Assembly (NCBI GenBank): GCA_050575255.1
Contig: JBNZDD010013489.1
Span: 221,440-285,439 of the forward strand
Reading direction: 5' to 3'
From: Harriotta raleighana
Lineage: Eukaryota
DNA length: 64,000 bases
Below are positions 50,501-64,000 of this stretch, in pieces; the first letter of the stretch is position 1; each line of letters begins with the position of its first letter. The notes under the pieces are model-generated. The model saw only the letters and a program-made list of their open reading frames with translations. It ran no database searches and had not been told where the DNA came from. A program made the position numbers and the translations under genes.

Positions 50501-50765
50501 GCTTTTGCGCAGATTTGTTGTGAATGTTACCCCCATTTCGATTGCAGGCCATGTCCTCAAAAGGCTTTGAATGTGCTGCTAGCAGCGGGAAGGGTCTAAC
50601 ATTGACTTGGCATTGAGAATTGAATCATTTCTAAACGAGCAATGTTTCCATCGAGGAAAGGCATGAATACAGTATTTCTGTGCATTATATTTCCAACTTT
50701 ACACTCTAAAATCTATGCTGCCGCCAGTGATAAACAAAACAAAGTAATTTACTTACTACAGACTG

Positions 50766-53700
50766 TTAAGGTGCACTGAACTGCGCACGAGGTAGTTTAA
50801 AGTTGGTCATCTCTGAGGAATGCACTCTGTAGAAGGTACAGTTATTTTAGTGCAATGAAATTTGAGCATACTTACTCTATTAGGAATGATTTCAACAACA
50901 GCAACCTATAAAGCGCTTTTCACATAGGGCAGCATTCCCAGAGCAGTTGCACAGAAGTATATTTATTCGTTAAAGCAGCCAGCACCTTGAACTAAATTAT
51001 AATAATCTTTGCATTTAATATAATGTCTTTGAGATATTTCAACCACGTGATAATTCGTTACATCAAATTGATGGTTATTATTTTTATAAAAAGTAATGAC
51101 TGAAATTAGTTATACCAACAGCAAGTGCTCTGGTTTTAATAATATTCCTTGTATTTGATTAATAATTACCTTTGTATTTGATATAGCACCTGATCACATT
51201 TTCGAGATGCCTCAAACAGCTTCACAGATTATACAGTGAAGTGACTGTATATTTTGTGGGCAAAATTGACAGCCAATTGTGCACAGCAGTGTCCCACAAA
51301 CAGTTGTGGACTGAGTGGCCACATTTTTGTCATACTTTGCTGATTGTAATGAGAACATTTTTAAAAACTCAATGGACGAAGGGCGGGACAAACTACAACA
51401 GGATACAAATGAGCGATGTTGAGATGACAGACTTGTCTCTGAAGGGAGACTGAAAGGAGACAAGCGAGGTCAGAGTGAAGCCAGTATCTTTCTTTCTCTC
51501 GGGCTATATGGCTGACATACTTGTTTATGCCTTTGATGGGCCGGAAGTGTTTGGCTGTCTTCACCGCGAAGATGATGCTGGGAATGAGGAAAAGCGTACA
51601 CCAGCCCAGGCAGAACCAGAAGGCATTCTGTGAGGCAGAGAGTTTAACAGTTAGGCACCAAATCCTTGTAATTGATATAGCAGCTTTTCACATCTTCTAG
51701 ACTGTGTCTCAAAGCACTTCAAGGATATACTGTAAAGTGAATTGACTGTACATTTTGTGTGCAAAACGCAGCAGCCAATTGCGCACAGCGCTGTCCTTGC
51801 AAGTTATTTTGTTATTGTGATGAAAACCTTATGTTGTGCAGTGACTGAGCCAAGTAACACTCACAGCCACTAACAATCAGATGCACAACTTGAAGCACTT
51901 GAAGCTTGAGCTACTGAGACTCTAGTTCAACATTCAGTGAGCCTCAAGCAGTCGGGACGATTGATTGACGGGAAATCTTACCCAAGGATTGAGGAGGAAT
52001 TCGCAACTGATGACTCGAGAGTTGTCAAGAATAACAGTGGCCACGTGGCAGGCTAGGATATCCTCAGTGATCTGGGGAACAAAACGCGACACAGAGTAGA
52101 GTCTCAGTCATCATTTTTGTAAGTGTAAGAGATAAGGGGAAGGCAAGACAAGGACAGACAACAGTAAGACTCAGACAAGAGTTAGAGAGGTGGTTCCTAA
52201 GAATGGTTTTAGGAACTCTGAGATTAGACTTGTTTATGAAATGGCTGGATTGTGTGATGTTGAGAAGCTGTTGTTGGCATTTCAAGAAGATCAGGTCAAA
52301 GGGACCAAAATGCCTTCTGCCTATTATCAACTGGAGTAACCCAGATATTGTGTGTCTTGCACGTCACAGCCACAGGGTGACAATCACTGAACAACAACCA
52401 AACCACAACAACTTGCATAGTTCTGTCTCCCCTGGTATAAATGCCACCAGTTGTATATACAGGATTCCAAAACTTTTTGTGCTATTAGTGCAACTCCCTT
52501 TTTTTCCTCTTGACTCTTTATCACGGTATTTTTTTCCCCACACTCTCTCTGTCCACCCTCCCGCAGACTTAGATTGCTGCAGAGTGTGGTTTGGCTATTC
52601 TCTGTATTTTGTACACATGACCATTTCTTTATAAAAATAATATTTGCATTTGATACAGAGACATTTCAAAGCGCTTCACAGAATACACTGAAATGTGGAG
52701 TCACTGTATTTTGTGGGCAACATGTGGCAGCCGATTGCTCACAGCAGAGTCCCACAAACAGTTGTGGATTGATTATTATTATTCATGTATACATTTATTT
52801 TATCTTTTGGTAAGGGAATGTTAGCTCAGGAAAGCGATCCACCGATCGACTACTAAATCCGCGTACCTAATCACTGCTTCGTAAATGAGAAATCTTTATG
52901 TTGAGCTGAGAAATTGAATGTTAGCTGATTTGAAGTTGCTGTTTACCCCGTGTGAGTCTGTGTTTTCATGTGTACTTCCGCACAGACTGTGTCGCCATTG
53001 CACTTACCACTTTTCTGACCCATTTCAGATAATCCTCAAAGAATCCTTTCTCTTTAGCAATGAAACAGTCAGTTATCTGAAAATGAGAAAAGTCTGGTTT
53101 TCAATCTGATAATGTAATAATAATAATAATCCTTGCATTTGTATCGCGTCTTATCCTCTGGTTCACTCTCTTACTTACCTCTTTGACCACTTCCCCCCCC
53201 CCCCCCCCCGCGCACCCCCTTCTCTCACTCCCCACCATTGTACAGCACTCTGAAACACTAGCTTCCGTGAAAGTGGTAATATAAACACAAGTTGTTGTTC
53301 TCAGAATTACGTCTCTCATTTTCTTAGAAGCTATACGTAGAATATCTTCCCCTCCCATTGCTATAATTCTCAGAATTTCTCTCCCACTCTTCTGTCTGCC
53401 TCTTCACCATAATCGCTCGTGTTTTTTTCTTCTCCATGTAACAGCTCAAACAAAACAAAATATTTTTACAGCTTAAACTCACATTTCCTAGAAGTGGCCC
53501 TGGATCGTTTTCCAGCCTTAACTGTGCAGCATCAACCTTGTTCAATGTCTCATTCACTAAGGCCTGTACAAATGGAGACATGAAAATCAAACACACACTT
53601 ATAATAATAGCAATCGTAGCATTTGGTATAATGTCTTATCACGTCATCGAGACGTCTCAAAAGACTTCACAGAATATACATATTGCAAAGTGGAGAGATT

Positions 53701-56700
53701 GTGTTTTGTGGGCGAAAAGCGACGACCACAACAGTGTTTCAGAAACAGTTGTGATCAACCAAATTATTTTTTTGAAGAGATTATTACATTCCAAAAGTGA
53801 TACGCCAATTGACTTAACAACTGTGTTCTTATAGCTAGGCAAACACAGGTAAAATGTATATTGCATAAAGTCAGGGATCAAAGTGAAATACCTCCACATT
53901 AGAACCAATTCCTTTGAGAACGGCAAGGCTTTGTGTCAGATTCACCTGGAAACAGCAGACAGACAGTAAGATCATCTTTCTCATTAAAATCAGTAAGACG
54001 CTTGTTCCCAATTGTCCACTCTTCGCCCATGATAATCACATCAACAGGACTAAGTTAAGGTACAATAACCCCTTTCACTCTGCTCAGCGGCTCCAGCCTG
54101 TTTCACGTCCCCCCAGTTCCCCCCACCCCCGCCATCGATGGTTGTATCTTCAATCTCTCTGCTCCCCTATGCTCTGTAACTCTCTCCCACAGCGCCTTCG
54201 CCTCTTGCCCTCCCTCACCTCCATCAGGGCACATCTCAAGAACCTCCTCTTCGACCTTGTCTTGGGTCATTCACCGACCCCCCTGCCCGTCGCCCCCCGC
54301 ACCTCCCCACCCCACCGATCCCAACCCCCCAGCTCACATCCAAATCCCTGACTGATCAGCGCCTTGGGACGTCCTCCTGAATTGAGAAAGACAATGTTAA
54401 AAAAAGCAGCAACAGAAGTGATTTGAACACAGCGCCACCCTGTGGTAGATACTAAAGTATAAACTGCAAATGGAACCATTTGGCTGAGGATGTTTTGAGC
54501 TATCTCCTTCTGATAACCCTGGTCAGAAGAGCAGGGGAAATGTTTAGTCACACATACACATGTGCACACACACACGCACACGCACTCACACTCTCCATTA
54601 ACAAGGCACGACAGGGCTCAGCACTCACCACAAGCTGCTTCTGTTTCTTCTCTAAGTTTTTTAGACTCTGCATCTGGGCATTCAGACTGTTGTTAATGTT
54701 AGTATCGTTCTGAGAGGAGAAACAGGAACAAGAGAGACCGTGATCAGTTCAGTGCTGGGTCACTAGCAATGACAAACTTAGCCCTCTTGTCACCTGCAGT
54801 GAATTTTTTTTAACCAGTGAATGTAATCATTGTGTACAGTGTACAATTCTGGTCGCCACACTTCAGGAAGGATGTTAAGACATTGGAAAGGGTGCAGAGG
54901 AGATTTACTAGGATGGTACCAGGAATGAGGGTATGAAGAAAGGTCAGAGAGGCTAGGTTTATTCTCATTGGAACAGAGAAGGTTGCGAGGAGACCTAATA
55001 GAGGTTTTTAAGATCATGAGGGGATTCGACAGAGAAGATAAGGAAAAATGTTTCCACTGGTGGGCGTATCAGTGACTCATGGTCACAGATTTAAAATAGT
55101 TTCAAAAAGAAGCAGAGGGGAGGTGAGGAAAAATGTTTTTCACTCAGTGAGTTGTTCGGATCTGGAATGCATTGCCTGAAGAGGTGATGGAGGCCGATTC
55201 GATAACAACTTTTAAAAGGAAAGTAGACATTTATTTGTGGAGGACGGGTTTACGAGGTTATGGGGAGAAAGATGGAGAATGGGATTAAATTGTTCTTTTT
55301 AAAGAGTTGGCACAGACTCGATGGCCTCCTTTTGTGCCGTAAGACTCTATGATTGCTGAGTTAATACCAGCAATATTCTGCTGCCTGAACCATTCCTGCA
55401 ACTGTGCAGCCATGTGGTGGGTGAATATCCAGGACAGAGAGAGTGTCGTCAGTGCTCACCTGTCTGAGAGTGAGAATCTCTAGAGCTTTAATCACCGCCG
55501 CCAAGTTTTGGATCTCTAAATTCGATACCTACAAGAAAGCCACACGGGTTTACAACTAGAATATTAAGAATAATCCACGCATTTGTTATAGGGGCTTGTC
55601 ATACCTTTGAGATGTCTTAAGGCGCTTACGGGCTATACAGTAAAACCCAGTTTATCCGGCACCTACGGGATCTGGCCAGTGGAGATTAAACAGCTTTCCA
55701 ATTAAACTTTTTTTTAAACATATTTTTTAAATGAAAAATTATTTTAACACATAGCATATAAATAATAGACTAAATACAAACAGAATATTGTATTAATACT
55801 TTATTATTTATACTTAACTTCGCAATGGCAACCCCTCACCCGACAGAGGTAAAAAAAAAGGGACTTTTAAAAGGAACAGGAGCGAGTTTAGACCCAACTA
55901 GTGGCCAGCCGTGGGTACCTGCACCAGTACTCGCGTGCGTCAAGCGATTCATTAAATGTGTCATCACTATTTGGCGGATAACTTCTAGTTCGTCGAATCG
56001 GGACTTTTTTTGAGATGGTGGTTGAATAGGTTTTCCGATTCATCGATAAATGAGGTTTTACTGTACTGTAATGTGAATTAAATTTATTTTATAGGCGGGA
56101 AATGTGGCAGTAATGTCCCACAAACAGTCGTGGATTGAGTGACCACATTATTATATATTTATTAATATGTATTTTTGAAGGGATTATCACCCCCAGTAAA
56201 AGTGATTCGCCAATCCAGTAACAACCAGGTTTCGATTTACTGCTGGGAAAATAAGAGGATTGCGTGTGGAGTAAGTGGAGTAAGTTTATCCCCATTGTCT
56301 TCTCGCTTGCGAGCCGAGCGCACTAATCACTGAGCTACAGGACTCCGAGGCAGCCTGCAGGAACTGTTCTGTTCTGGCTTGTTCTCAAACCTCCTGCCCG
56401 CCCCCATATGAAGCATTGCTAAGTTTCCTACCTGATTGTCAATGTCTGTAATACCACTCTTCGCAAACTTCTTCAGGCCGTCCCTGCCAATGCTATTCAG
56501 CAAGATAATGCTGCTCAAGTTCACCTTCAGGCTTTTAAGTTTAGACTCAAATTCACCTGTGTACTGAGGTAGAGAGAGAGATGACACCACTTGCCCACAC
56601 ACACACACACACAAAGACAAACACACACTTACACACATATCCCATTCATTGCTTCTCTGTTCAAGAACGCAGTGTTTCTTCTAAACTAGCATTTGGACAT

Positions 56701-59700
56701 CTTAAACCTCTCCCACAGAGATGATACCATCTCCCATCCCAAAACTGAGGTTCTCAAACCGTCATAGCGTGAGTGAGCTCCTGCTCCACCCTCGTTGTCC
56801 GTCCCCCTACCCACCACCACGCACATGTGCACACATACATATATATGCACACATATAGGTGAGATAGGGAGCAATATCTCCTTGTTTGATAAAGCAGCTT
56901 TTCACATCTTCTAGACGTTGTGGTTCTTGTAGTTATTATAGTCTCAAAGCGTTTCACGGAATATACTGTAGAGTGAATTGACTGTATATATTTGTGGCCG
57001 CAACGTGGCAGCCAGTTGCGCACAGGAACATCCCCCACAAACAGTCATCCTAAGTGTGTCTTCACAGAATATACTTCTTTGACGAATTATTATTAGGCGC
57101 ATGAATGTGTGTGGAGTAAGGAAACTTGCCCAAGGTTTCGCCCTGACCTGCCTCGATTCGAACATGAGTCTCACACTTATAAAGCGAGTCCTCTAACCAC
57201 TGAGCTATAGGATATATATATACACATACACAAACAAACACCCACGAGCACACACTTTCAATACAACAACAAAATTATGTTTATATGTTCTGTTGGCACT
57301 GGGATTCAGTCTATAGTTGAAAACTTTCAAAAGGGAATTGGATAGTTACTTGAAAAAGAAAAATGTGAGGCTGTAACAACAATGTCATAAATGAACGATG
57401 TGTTTTCCGAGCTAGAAAGTGGGAGAATGGTTGTGAGAGGGGGAGGTGGAAAGATAGAACACATACCTTATTCACATCGAGTTTCTCATCCAAGTTAATC
57501 ATTCGATTTAGCTGGAAAATAGTCCACAGTGAGCCCCCACTCTTACAGCCACTGAGATAGAGAGAAAGAAGCACAAACTCAGACTAAAGCTGTGTTGGCT
57601 CGGAGTACAGCTCAGAAGACACATTCATTGAGTGAAGACTTATTCTTCACACAGCTGGGTGAAGATTAGCACTAGAGACAGTGAGATAGCTTTCTATTGG
57701 CTCTCAGCTCTGTGAACACAGCAGAGGCTGGAGACCAGGGTTAACGATGTGGTGAAGCCTGGGGCAGTCATGCATCTTACTTAATAATAATAATAATCCT
57801 TGCATTTGATATAGCGCTTTTCATGTCTTCTAGATGTTGTGGTTCTTGTTGTTATTATAGTCTCAAAGCGCTTCACAGAATATACTGTGAAGTATATATA
57901 TATACTGGAAATATAAAGTATATATACTGTATATATATATATACATGTATATATACTGTAAAGCCCCTATCCTTTTCCCCCATTCCCTCTTTTTTCTCCC
58001 TACACCGACCCCTCCCCACTGCTCTGGTCTCTACTTTGAGACACTGTCGTATTCTGTAAAGCACTTTGGGACGTCGATAAGATGTGGAAGCGCTATATAT
58101 AAATCTAAGGATTATTATTATTATAAAGTGAATTGACTGTATATTTGTGGGTGCAACGTGGCAGCCAATTGTGCACAGTAGCGTCCCCACAAACAGTTGT
58201 CCTAAGAGTGTCTTTACTGACCTGTAAACCTCAGTGGCTGAGATGGACACATTAAGCTTGAACGCGGCGGAGATGTTGAATTGCTTGTCCCGGCTTCCAA
58301 TTTTATCAATTAACTGCAGAAGTGAAACCACAACAGAACCTACGTTAATTCCTTCCCACTGGATTCCCCGTGTTCAAATACCAGTACGAAAATACGTCAG
58401 GTGAAATGTCTGCATGTTCTAAAGCGATTAAGGCTTCTGCTCGACTGGATCTGGCCTACTGCTGCTTGTCCCTTGTCCCTTCCACCATTGATGGCCTCAT
58501 TTTCAGCCACTATGCCCCCAAAACTCTGGAATACTTTCCCTCAATCCCTTTGTCTTGTGCCCCCCTTTCTCCTTATCCATCTTCAAATAGCGCTTGAAAA
58601 CCTTCCACTTTGAGTGTACTTAAGATCGGCTCCCTCCAGCTGTCTTGGGAAGTCCTCCCGACGTGAATGGCGCTCTATAAATGCAATTTTGTTGTTGTCG
58701 TTGTTGTTGTAGTGCTCTGAGGTGCTGCCTTGCTTGAGGGGCGCTGTGTAACTTCTTGTTGAAAAATGCAAAAAATATGAAGAATGCTCGCACTCACCGT
58801 GTAAATATCCCCGTTCGCCCATGGCTTACATGCTTCAGTGTAGGCCAAACCTCCCACGATAAAGGTAATAAACACCAAGAGAATCAACAGCCAGGAGAAC
58901 AAAAAGCTGAATCCAACACCTCTGTAACAGATAGAAATCACCCCCCCAAACGGGTCAGGATTACTGTTGAGAGATACTCGAGACACAACTCACAAATTCC
59001 CAACTTTGTCATCTTCCTGGGTCCTCTCGCTCACCTCACAAGCCAGATGATCAAGGTTCAATTCCCGGCAGGGCGGATCAGAGCAAAGCCTCAGGCTAGT
59101 TTCCTTACTTACTTACTTGCAGCAAGCAGGAACCCAGGCATTAACCAATTTACAGCTCACTTTCCAGGTTTAATAATAATAATAATAATACCCCCTTTCA
59201 AAAATAATAACCATAATTTAGTCACTTAAATTCATAACTGTTTATGGGACAGAGCTCTGCACAATTGGCTGCCTCGTTTTTGGCCCATAAAATACAAAGA
59301 AGTCACTTCACTTTACAGTATGTTCCATGAAGGGCTTTGGGACAGCTCGAAGATGCCATGAGCAGCTATGTCAAACACGAGGATTACTATTGAGACATCT
59401 AGTGAGGCAGCAACTTGTTGTTGCTGGGAGAGGCCAAGATTGGACTTACGCCATTAGGAAATTGGCTCCAGATTGTGAACAGCCGTTGCCACTGTAGGGA
59501 TCATCCCTGAGAGCAGTTCCTGTGGTTCCCAGCAACAACCCCAGCAAGTTGCATGCGATGATCAGCAGAATGATACAACACAGCACAATGCTGACAATCC
59601 ACCTGTAGGGACAGATGACACAACGTACTGTACATCAGAGACATAAACACGCCACCACCACAAATTAAACTGACACATCGGGGGGAATTAGGATCACAAG

Positions 59701-62700
59701 GGATCACAAGCCTAATAATCCCTCGAAGAAATAAACAAAATCAGTAAAAAATTGATCACTTCAATCTGCCACTGTTTGCATGGGGACGCTGCTGTGCGCA
59801 ATTGGCTGCTATGTTTCGCCCACAAAATATTTAGTCAATTCTCCACTTTACAGTATATTCTGTGAAGCGCTTTGAGACACAGTCTAGAAGACGTGAAAAT
59901 GCGCTATATGAAATGTAAGGAATATTGTCATTCTATATCTTACATCATATTAAGAAAGAGAGGAAACCCAAGTAAGGGCATGCGTTGGACTAGAGCTCTG
60001 ATCACAGACAATCAGAAATGCTCAGGAGGCGGGTGTGTTGGAGGGATGTGAGGTGGAGGACAAGCAGAATTATGGGGCTACCATTTACTTGCCCACGAAA
60101 CATGCAACATAACACGTAACAGGCTGCTCAGCGCATATCTCAATAAACCTCACATCATTTTGTGTACCTGTAGTAATCATACTGCTTCAGTTCCCCACCA
60201 AATGTTGAAATGCCATTGTCTAAAGTGACAAACTGTCCGCTGACCGATGGGAGAGAGTCCAACAGAGGGAGGGAATTTGTGATGTTGGAAATTTCTCTCT
60301 CGATGTTGTCCAGAATTGTGTTAGAATCTGCAAACAGACATACACTGATTGACTGAGGACAATATTCCCTCGTTGTGATATTCAGACACGGGCGGCTGGG
60401 GGTGGGGCTCAGTGCACTGTTAGCGAGGTCAGCTTCACAGCGGGAAAGTCAATGTTCCAAAGCTTCTCACACGGGAGGAGGAGAAGCTGGGCCTGGTATG
60501 GATTGGAATTTGATCTCAAGCACAACAAATTACATTTACACAGGGCAGGGAAACTGTGAGAAACTGAGGGAATAACAAGGGTGGATCCACTTTGTGATCC
60601 TTGACAGATCAACCCTGGGAATGGCTGATCATAATCTCGCTGGGAGCTCAACGGTCTGAGCTGTAACAGCCCAGTGAGGGCTCTCCTGGTTGGAGGAAGT
60701 GGGAATAACTTGCCTATTGTTTCATCTACTGTTGGGGAAGTCACTGCAAAATGCACCAGGAGTCATTTGTTTGCACTGTATTTAGAAATCATCTTGGGAC
60801 AAAATTGGGAGTGGATGGACAGATCACCCAGAGTCTAACAGAATGCTGGAACAGACTTGAGGGGCTGAATGGCCTCCTTCCTAAAGCCCTTTGGCTTTTC
60901 GACAATCTTTTCAAATCCCTTCAGCCCCCTCTCTTCATATTCACCTGACAGTAAAGGAACCAACTGTGTCGACACTTTTTGGTGTATTAAGTTGACCTTG
61001 CGCTTTCCCTGGGAGAGAAACAAACACAACAAGCTTCAGAGATTCAACCAACCTGCGAGTTTTCAGAACTTTTGCAGATCAGGATATGAGAAGATCAAAG
61101 AGATTTACCTCCTCAACAGCAAAGCTCAGATTGTTTTGAGCCAAATCCAGGATGCTGATGATCACAGGCGAGAAACTACCCAATATCTGTGGACAGTCAA
61201 AACACATTATCCACCCAGGCTTTCTCAACCTTCTTACACAAACACATCACAATATGATAATCAGGTGTTTACCAAGCGGTTTGCTTGGCTGAGCACTGGA
61301 CTGCTCCATGTCCGCAGCCCGGACCCAACCCTACCATTGGCTGTTGGGCCTTTAGTCTCTCTGACCCTCTGGAATGCCATCCAGGATTCCCTTCTCCTCG
61401 CCTCCTTCATGTCTTACCGTGCTATAGGAATCATTGAGCTGCAGATCGTTAACCAGCTTTGTATCACAGTCAACACAACTTGCATTCTTCAGCGTCTTGT
61501 TAATATCCAATCGCAAGTTGTTCAGATCACGCTCTATCTGCTCTAGGGAGGCCTTTGTGGAGTTCACAACGAGTAGATGGAGTTTGGAGGTTTGGATATC
61601 TGTTTGAACAGAATAAAGGGACTAACAACAACAACTCGTACTGACTACAAAGAGCAGTCACACCTCAATACAACTCTCACAGATTCACTCACAGGGACAG
61701 GAGGAGGCCATTCAGCTCCTCAAGCCTGTTCCGCCATTCTGATCTGTACGTCCCCGTATCCCTTTGATACCCTGACCTCACAAACAGCTACCACCTGTGG
61801 CCTTGAAAATTTCAAAATAGATCCTGCTGGTCTATGCAGTTTAGGGAAACGCCATTTCAGCGCCTTCATCCATTCGGTCCACACGACTGTTTGCCGCAAA
61901 CGAAATGTACAGTCACCACACTTGACAATATAATACGCGAAGCTCTTTGAGACGCCACCAAGATGTGGTGAAGCACTTTATCACAAGTGCGGGGGTTATT
62001 ATTATTCGTATTATTGGCCATCAGTGGAATCCAGTAGAACCACCCAAGGACCCGATCTGTCATTACTTTTAACGCAACGAGTCCTGGCTGTGGTATTTAA
62101 TGTATGGGTTTACAATTGCTGAACACTCGCTAACTGCCTAAAGGCTGAACATTCATTGTTTACCGGTAAGCAAGTATTAGGCAGCAAAAAGATGCTATGA
62201 ATATGATTTACCTTGTTGTCTGTCAGACACCAAATCCAGCGAATTAACAATAGGCTCTTGCAAACGCTCTAGCAGCTGTTGTCCAGCGATCTGATGAAAA
62301 TCTGCCAGAGATCAAGTCAGAGACGGAGGCTGAATTATTGGGACAATACTGTGCCCAAAATAGCCGACAAACACTTTTTACTCCCGGTTGTTAAGGCGGT
62401 CGATTGGCAGATCACCTTCTGGGGGATAATAACCCTCTCCCACCTCCCCAAAAGTAACAGTAGTTTGGTCACTCAATCCTGTTTGAGTGACCAAACTACA
62501 ACTGTTTGTGGGACACTACTGTATGCAATTGGCTGCATGTTTTACTCATAAAAACACGCAGTCACTAGAGTATATTCTGTGAAGCACTTTGAGACGTCCT
62601 CCCAACGTGAAAGGCGCTCTATAAATGTAATTTTGTCGTTGTTGGTTGGTGCCTCGAATACGTGAAAAAGGTGTTATATCAAATGCGAGGATTGTTATTA

Positions 62701-64000
62701 TTATTCACTGTTATTATGCCCCTGATAAATCCCATCAATAATGGCTGCCGTTTTATACTTACCAGCAAGATCGTTGGCCACCACACGCTTTGGAATTGCA
62801 AACTGTTGTTTGATTGTATCTACGTTCTGAAACAGAGAAAAGGGAATGTGGTGTACATACAGCAAACATACCCAATTGAACCTGAGAGGATGTAGAAGTA
62901 GTGAATGCAGAGAAAAATGACAACATTAGAAAAACTCCCTCCCACCCTCCCCCTAAGTGTCTCCCACCCTCTCCATATGTCATTGGATCCCACTTTAAAA
63001 CCCATCTCTTTGACTTATTGTTTCCTCCTCTCCCCTCAATGTCTGATCCTAACTCTGAGACACCCTGTGTATCCCTGAATGTTCAGCATCTTGGGGCATC
63101 ATTCCAACTTTAAGATGTAATTTTGTTGCTGTTGGTCAAAGGTGCTATCTAAATGCTAATAATTGCTGTAGGGAATAATCCCTTAAAAAAACAATAATTT
63201 GGTCACTCAATCCCCGACTGTTTGTGGGGACGCAGCTGTGTAACAATTGACTGCTGCGTTTCTTACACAATGTATACAGTCACTGCACTTTACAATATAT
63301 CCTGTGAAGCGATTTGAGACGTCCGAACGTCATGTATGAGTTGCTATAAGGGAGTACGATTGTTATTCTCAGTCTCCTGGTATCACTGTTTATCGAGCCC
63401 TGACAAAAAACGCAGAGTGTAGATGGTGAGGGAGCTTAGTTATGTTGTCCTTCATGGTTGCGTTGCTTTGCTGCCCACACTGTACAGGCTGCTGAGTCAA
63501 CATTAACTATTTGGGAGAGAAACTGGAGGGTTTAGTATCGAGGCCTGTAACCTGTTAAGGAGGAAACTGTTGGAGAAAAACAACAACAACAATCACAGAA
63601 AATGACATTTGCTCAGTGATCTTCATGTTCGGAGGATGTCAAAAGGTGCTGGACAGTCAGGTATTTGGACCTGAACTGGGGGTTGGGATCAGGAAGGGTG
63701 GAGGGCAGGGAGGCTGGGGGTAGCAGGCTGAAGGTACTGTTGAAGAGGAGGGTCCTTGAGATGTGCCTTGAAGGAGGCAAGGGTGGAGGTGAGGCCATGG
63801 GACTCTGGGATGGAGTTTCATATAGGATGGGGGCAGACAAACCACCGATGGTGGGCAGGCAGGGTCAGGTAGGGGACTGGGAGCAGGCCGGAGGCCGCTG
63901 AGCGGAATGGAGCGGACAGGTTGCGTATGGAGTTAGCAGGTCACAAAGGTAGGGAGGAACAAGGCCATCAAAAAACATATCACGTGCTCACCTGGACAAT
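50766..64000 (-). CDS. PROM2: Prominin-2, partial (5' exons lie beyond the window end)
   Basis: Exons (minus) >64000-63992, 62826-62763, 62301-62212, 61599-61418, 61186-61109, 61008-60945, 60327-60168, 59602-59450, 58921-58798, 58313-58222, 57551-57467, 56563-56432, 55528-55460, 54709-54629, 53945-53892, 53563-53483, 53076-53008, 52071-51982, 51627-51521 and 50826-50766, with consistent phases. Motifs [26 protein letters not shown]...[33 protein letters not shown], and C-terminus [18 protein letters not shown] non-coding last exon is likely at about 50240-49490. Confidence 0.92.
54820..55350 (+). mobile_element. CR1 LINE ORF2 C-terminus and 3' tail in a PROM2 intron
   Basis: [28 protein letters not shown]...[27 protein letters not shown]...GHRFK; ends ACTCTATGATT. 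Confidence 0.88.
55638..56063. mobile_element. Tc1/mariner (pogo/Tigger-like) non-autonomous element inserted in a SINE
   Basis: Terminal inverted repeats CAGTAAAACCCAGTTTATC / GATAAATGAGGTTTTACTG with TA duplication (55636-55637 and 56064-56065); SINE sequence continues on both sides (55570-55637 and 56064-56346). Confidence 0.78.
63590..63990 (-). mobile_element. L2 LINE 3' end in a PROM2 intron
   Basis: Same L2 3' region as 37290-37720, with a (CAA)n tail on the + strand at about 63580. Confidence 0.65.

Noticed and set aside
63380-63480. Possible additional PROM2 exon ([13 protein letters not shown]...)
   Set aside because: No fitting splice sites and an in-frame stop; the upstream exon donor is at 63992.
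1-64000. Prokaryotic systems such as CRISPR arrays or operons
   Set aside because: The sequence is vertebrate; the repeats are dispersed retroelements or simple tandem repeats without unique spacers.

Overview
Eukaryotic (vertebrate) genomic DNA, most likely from a cartilaginous fish of the chimaera/elephant-shark type. That assignment is inferred from the tRNA-derived Deu-type SINEs, CR1/L2 LINE remnants, short introns and slowly evolving proteins. Five spliced protein-coding genes were rebuilt by hand with GT-AG junctions and consistent phases. On the + strand: IL1B (533-3961, 6 coding exons, 283 aa), CKAP2L (6024-12469, 9 exons, 740 aa) and PURB (14398-17582, 2 exons, 301 aa). On the - strand: KCNIP3 (42269-33547, transmembrane first-exon isoform, 230 aa) and the 3' part of PROM2 (>64000-50766). 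The most notable signal is a phase-0 intron in the coding region of PURB, which is intronless in mammals. Its acceptor is built from the 3' tail of a CR1 LINE, and it is flanked by a 7-bp direct repeat (ATCCAGG), suggesting retrotransposon-driven intron gain. Other items are a CDE/CHR cell-cycle element inside an L2 tail at the CKAP2L promoter, a cluster of BANP (TCTCGCGAGA) motifs at PURB, and an unexplained 26.5-32.6 kb interval with orphan promoter, enhancer and splice signals. Most ORFs in the supplied track are spurious (SINE, low-complexity or antisense). Similarities to human proteins are from memory; no database search was run.
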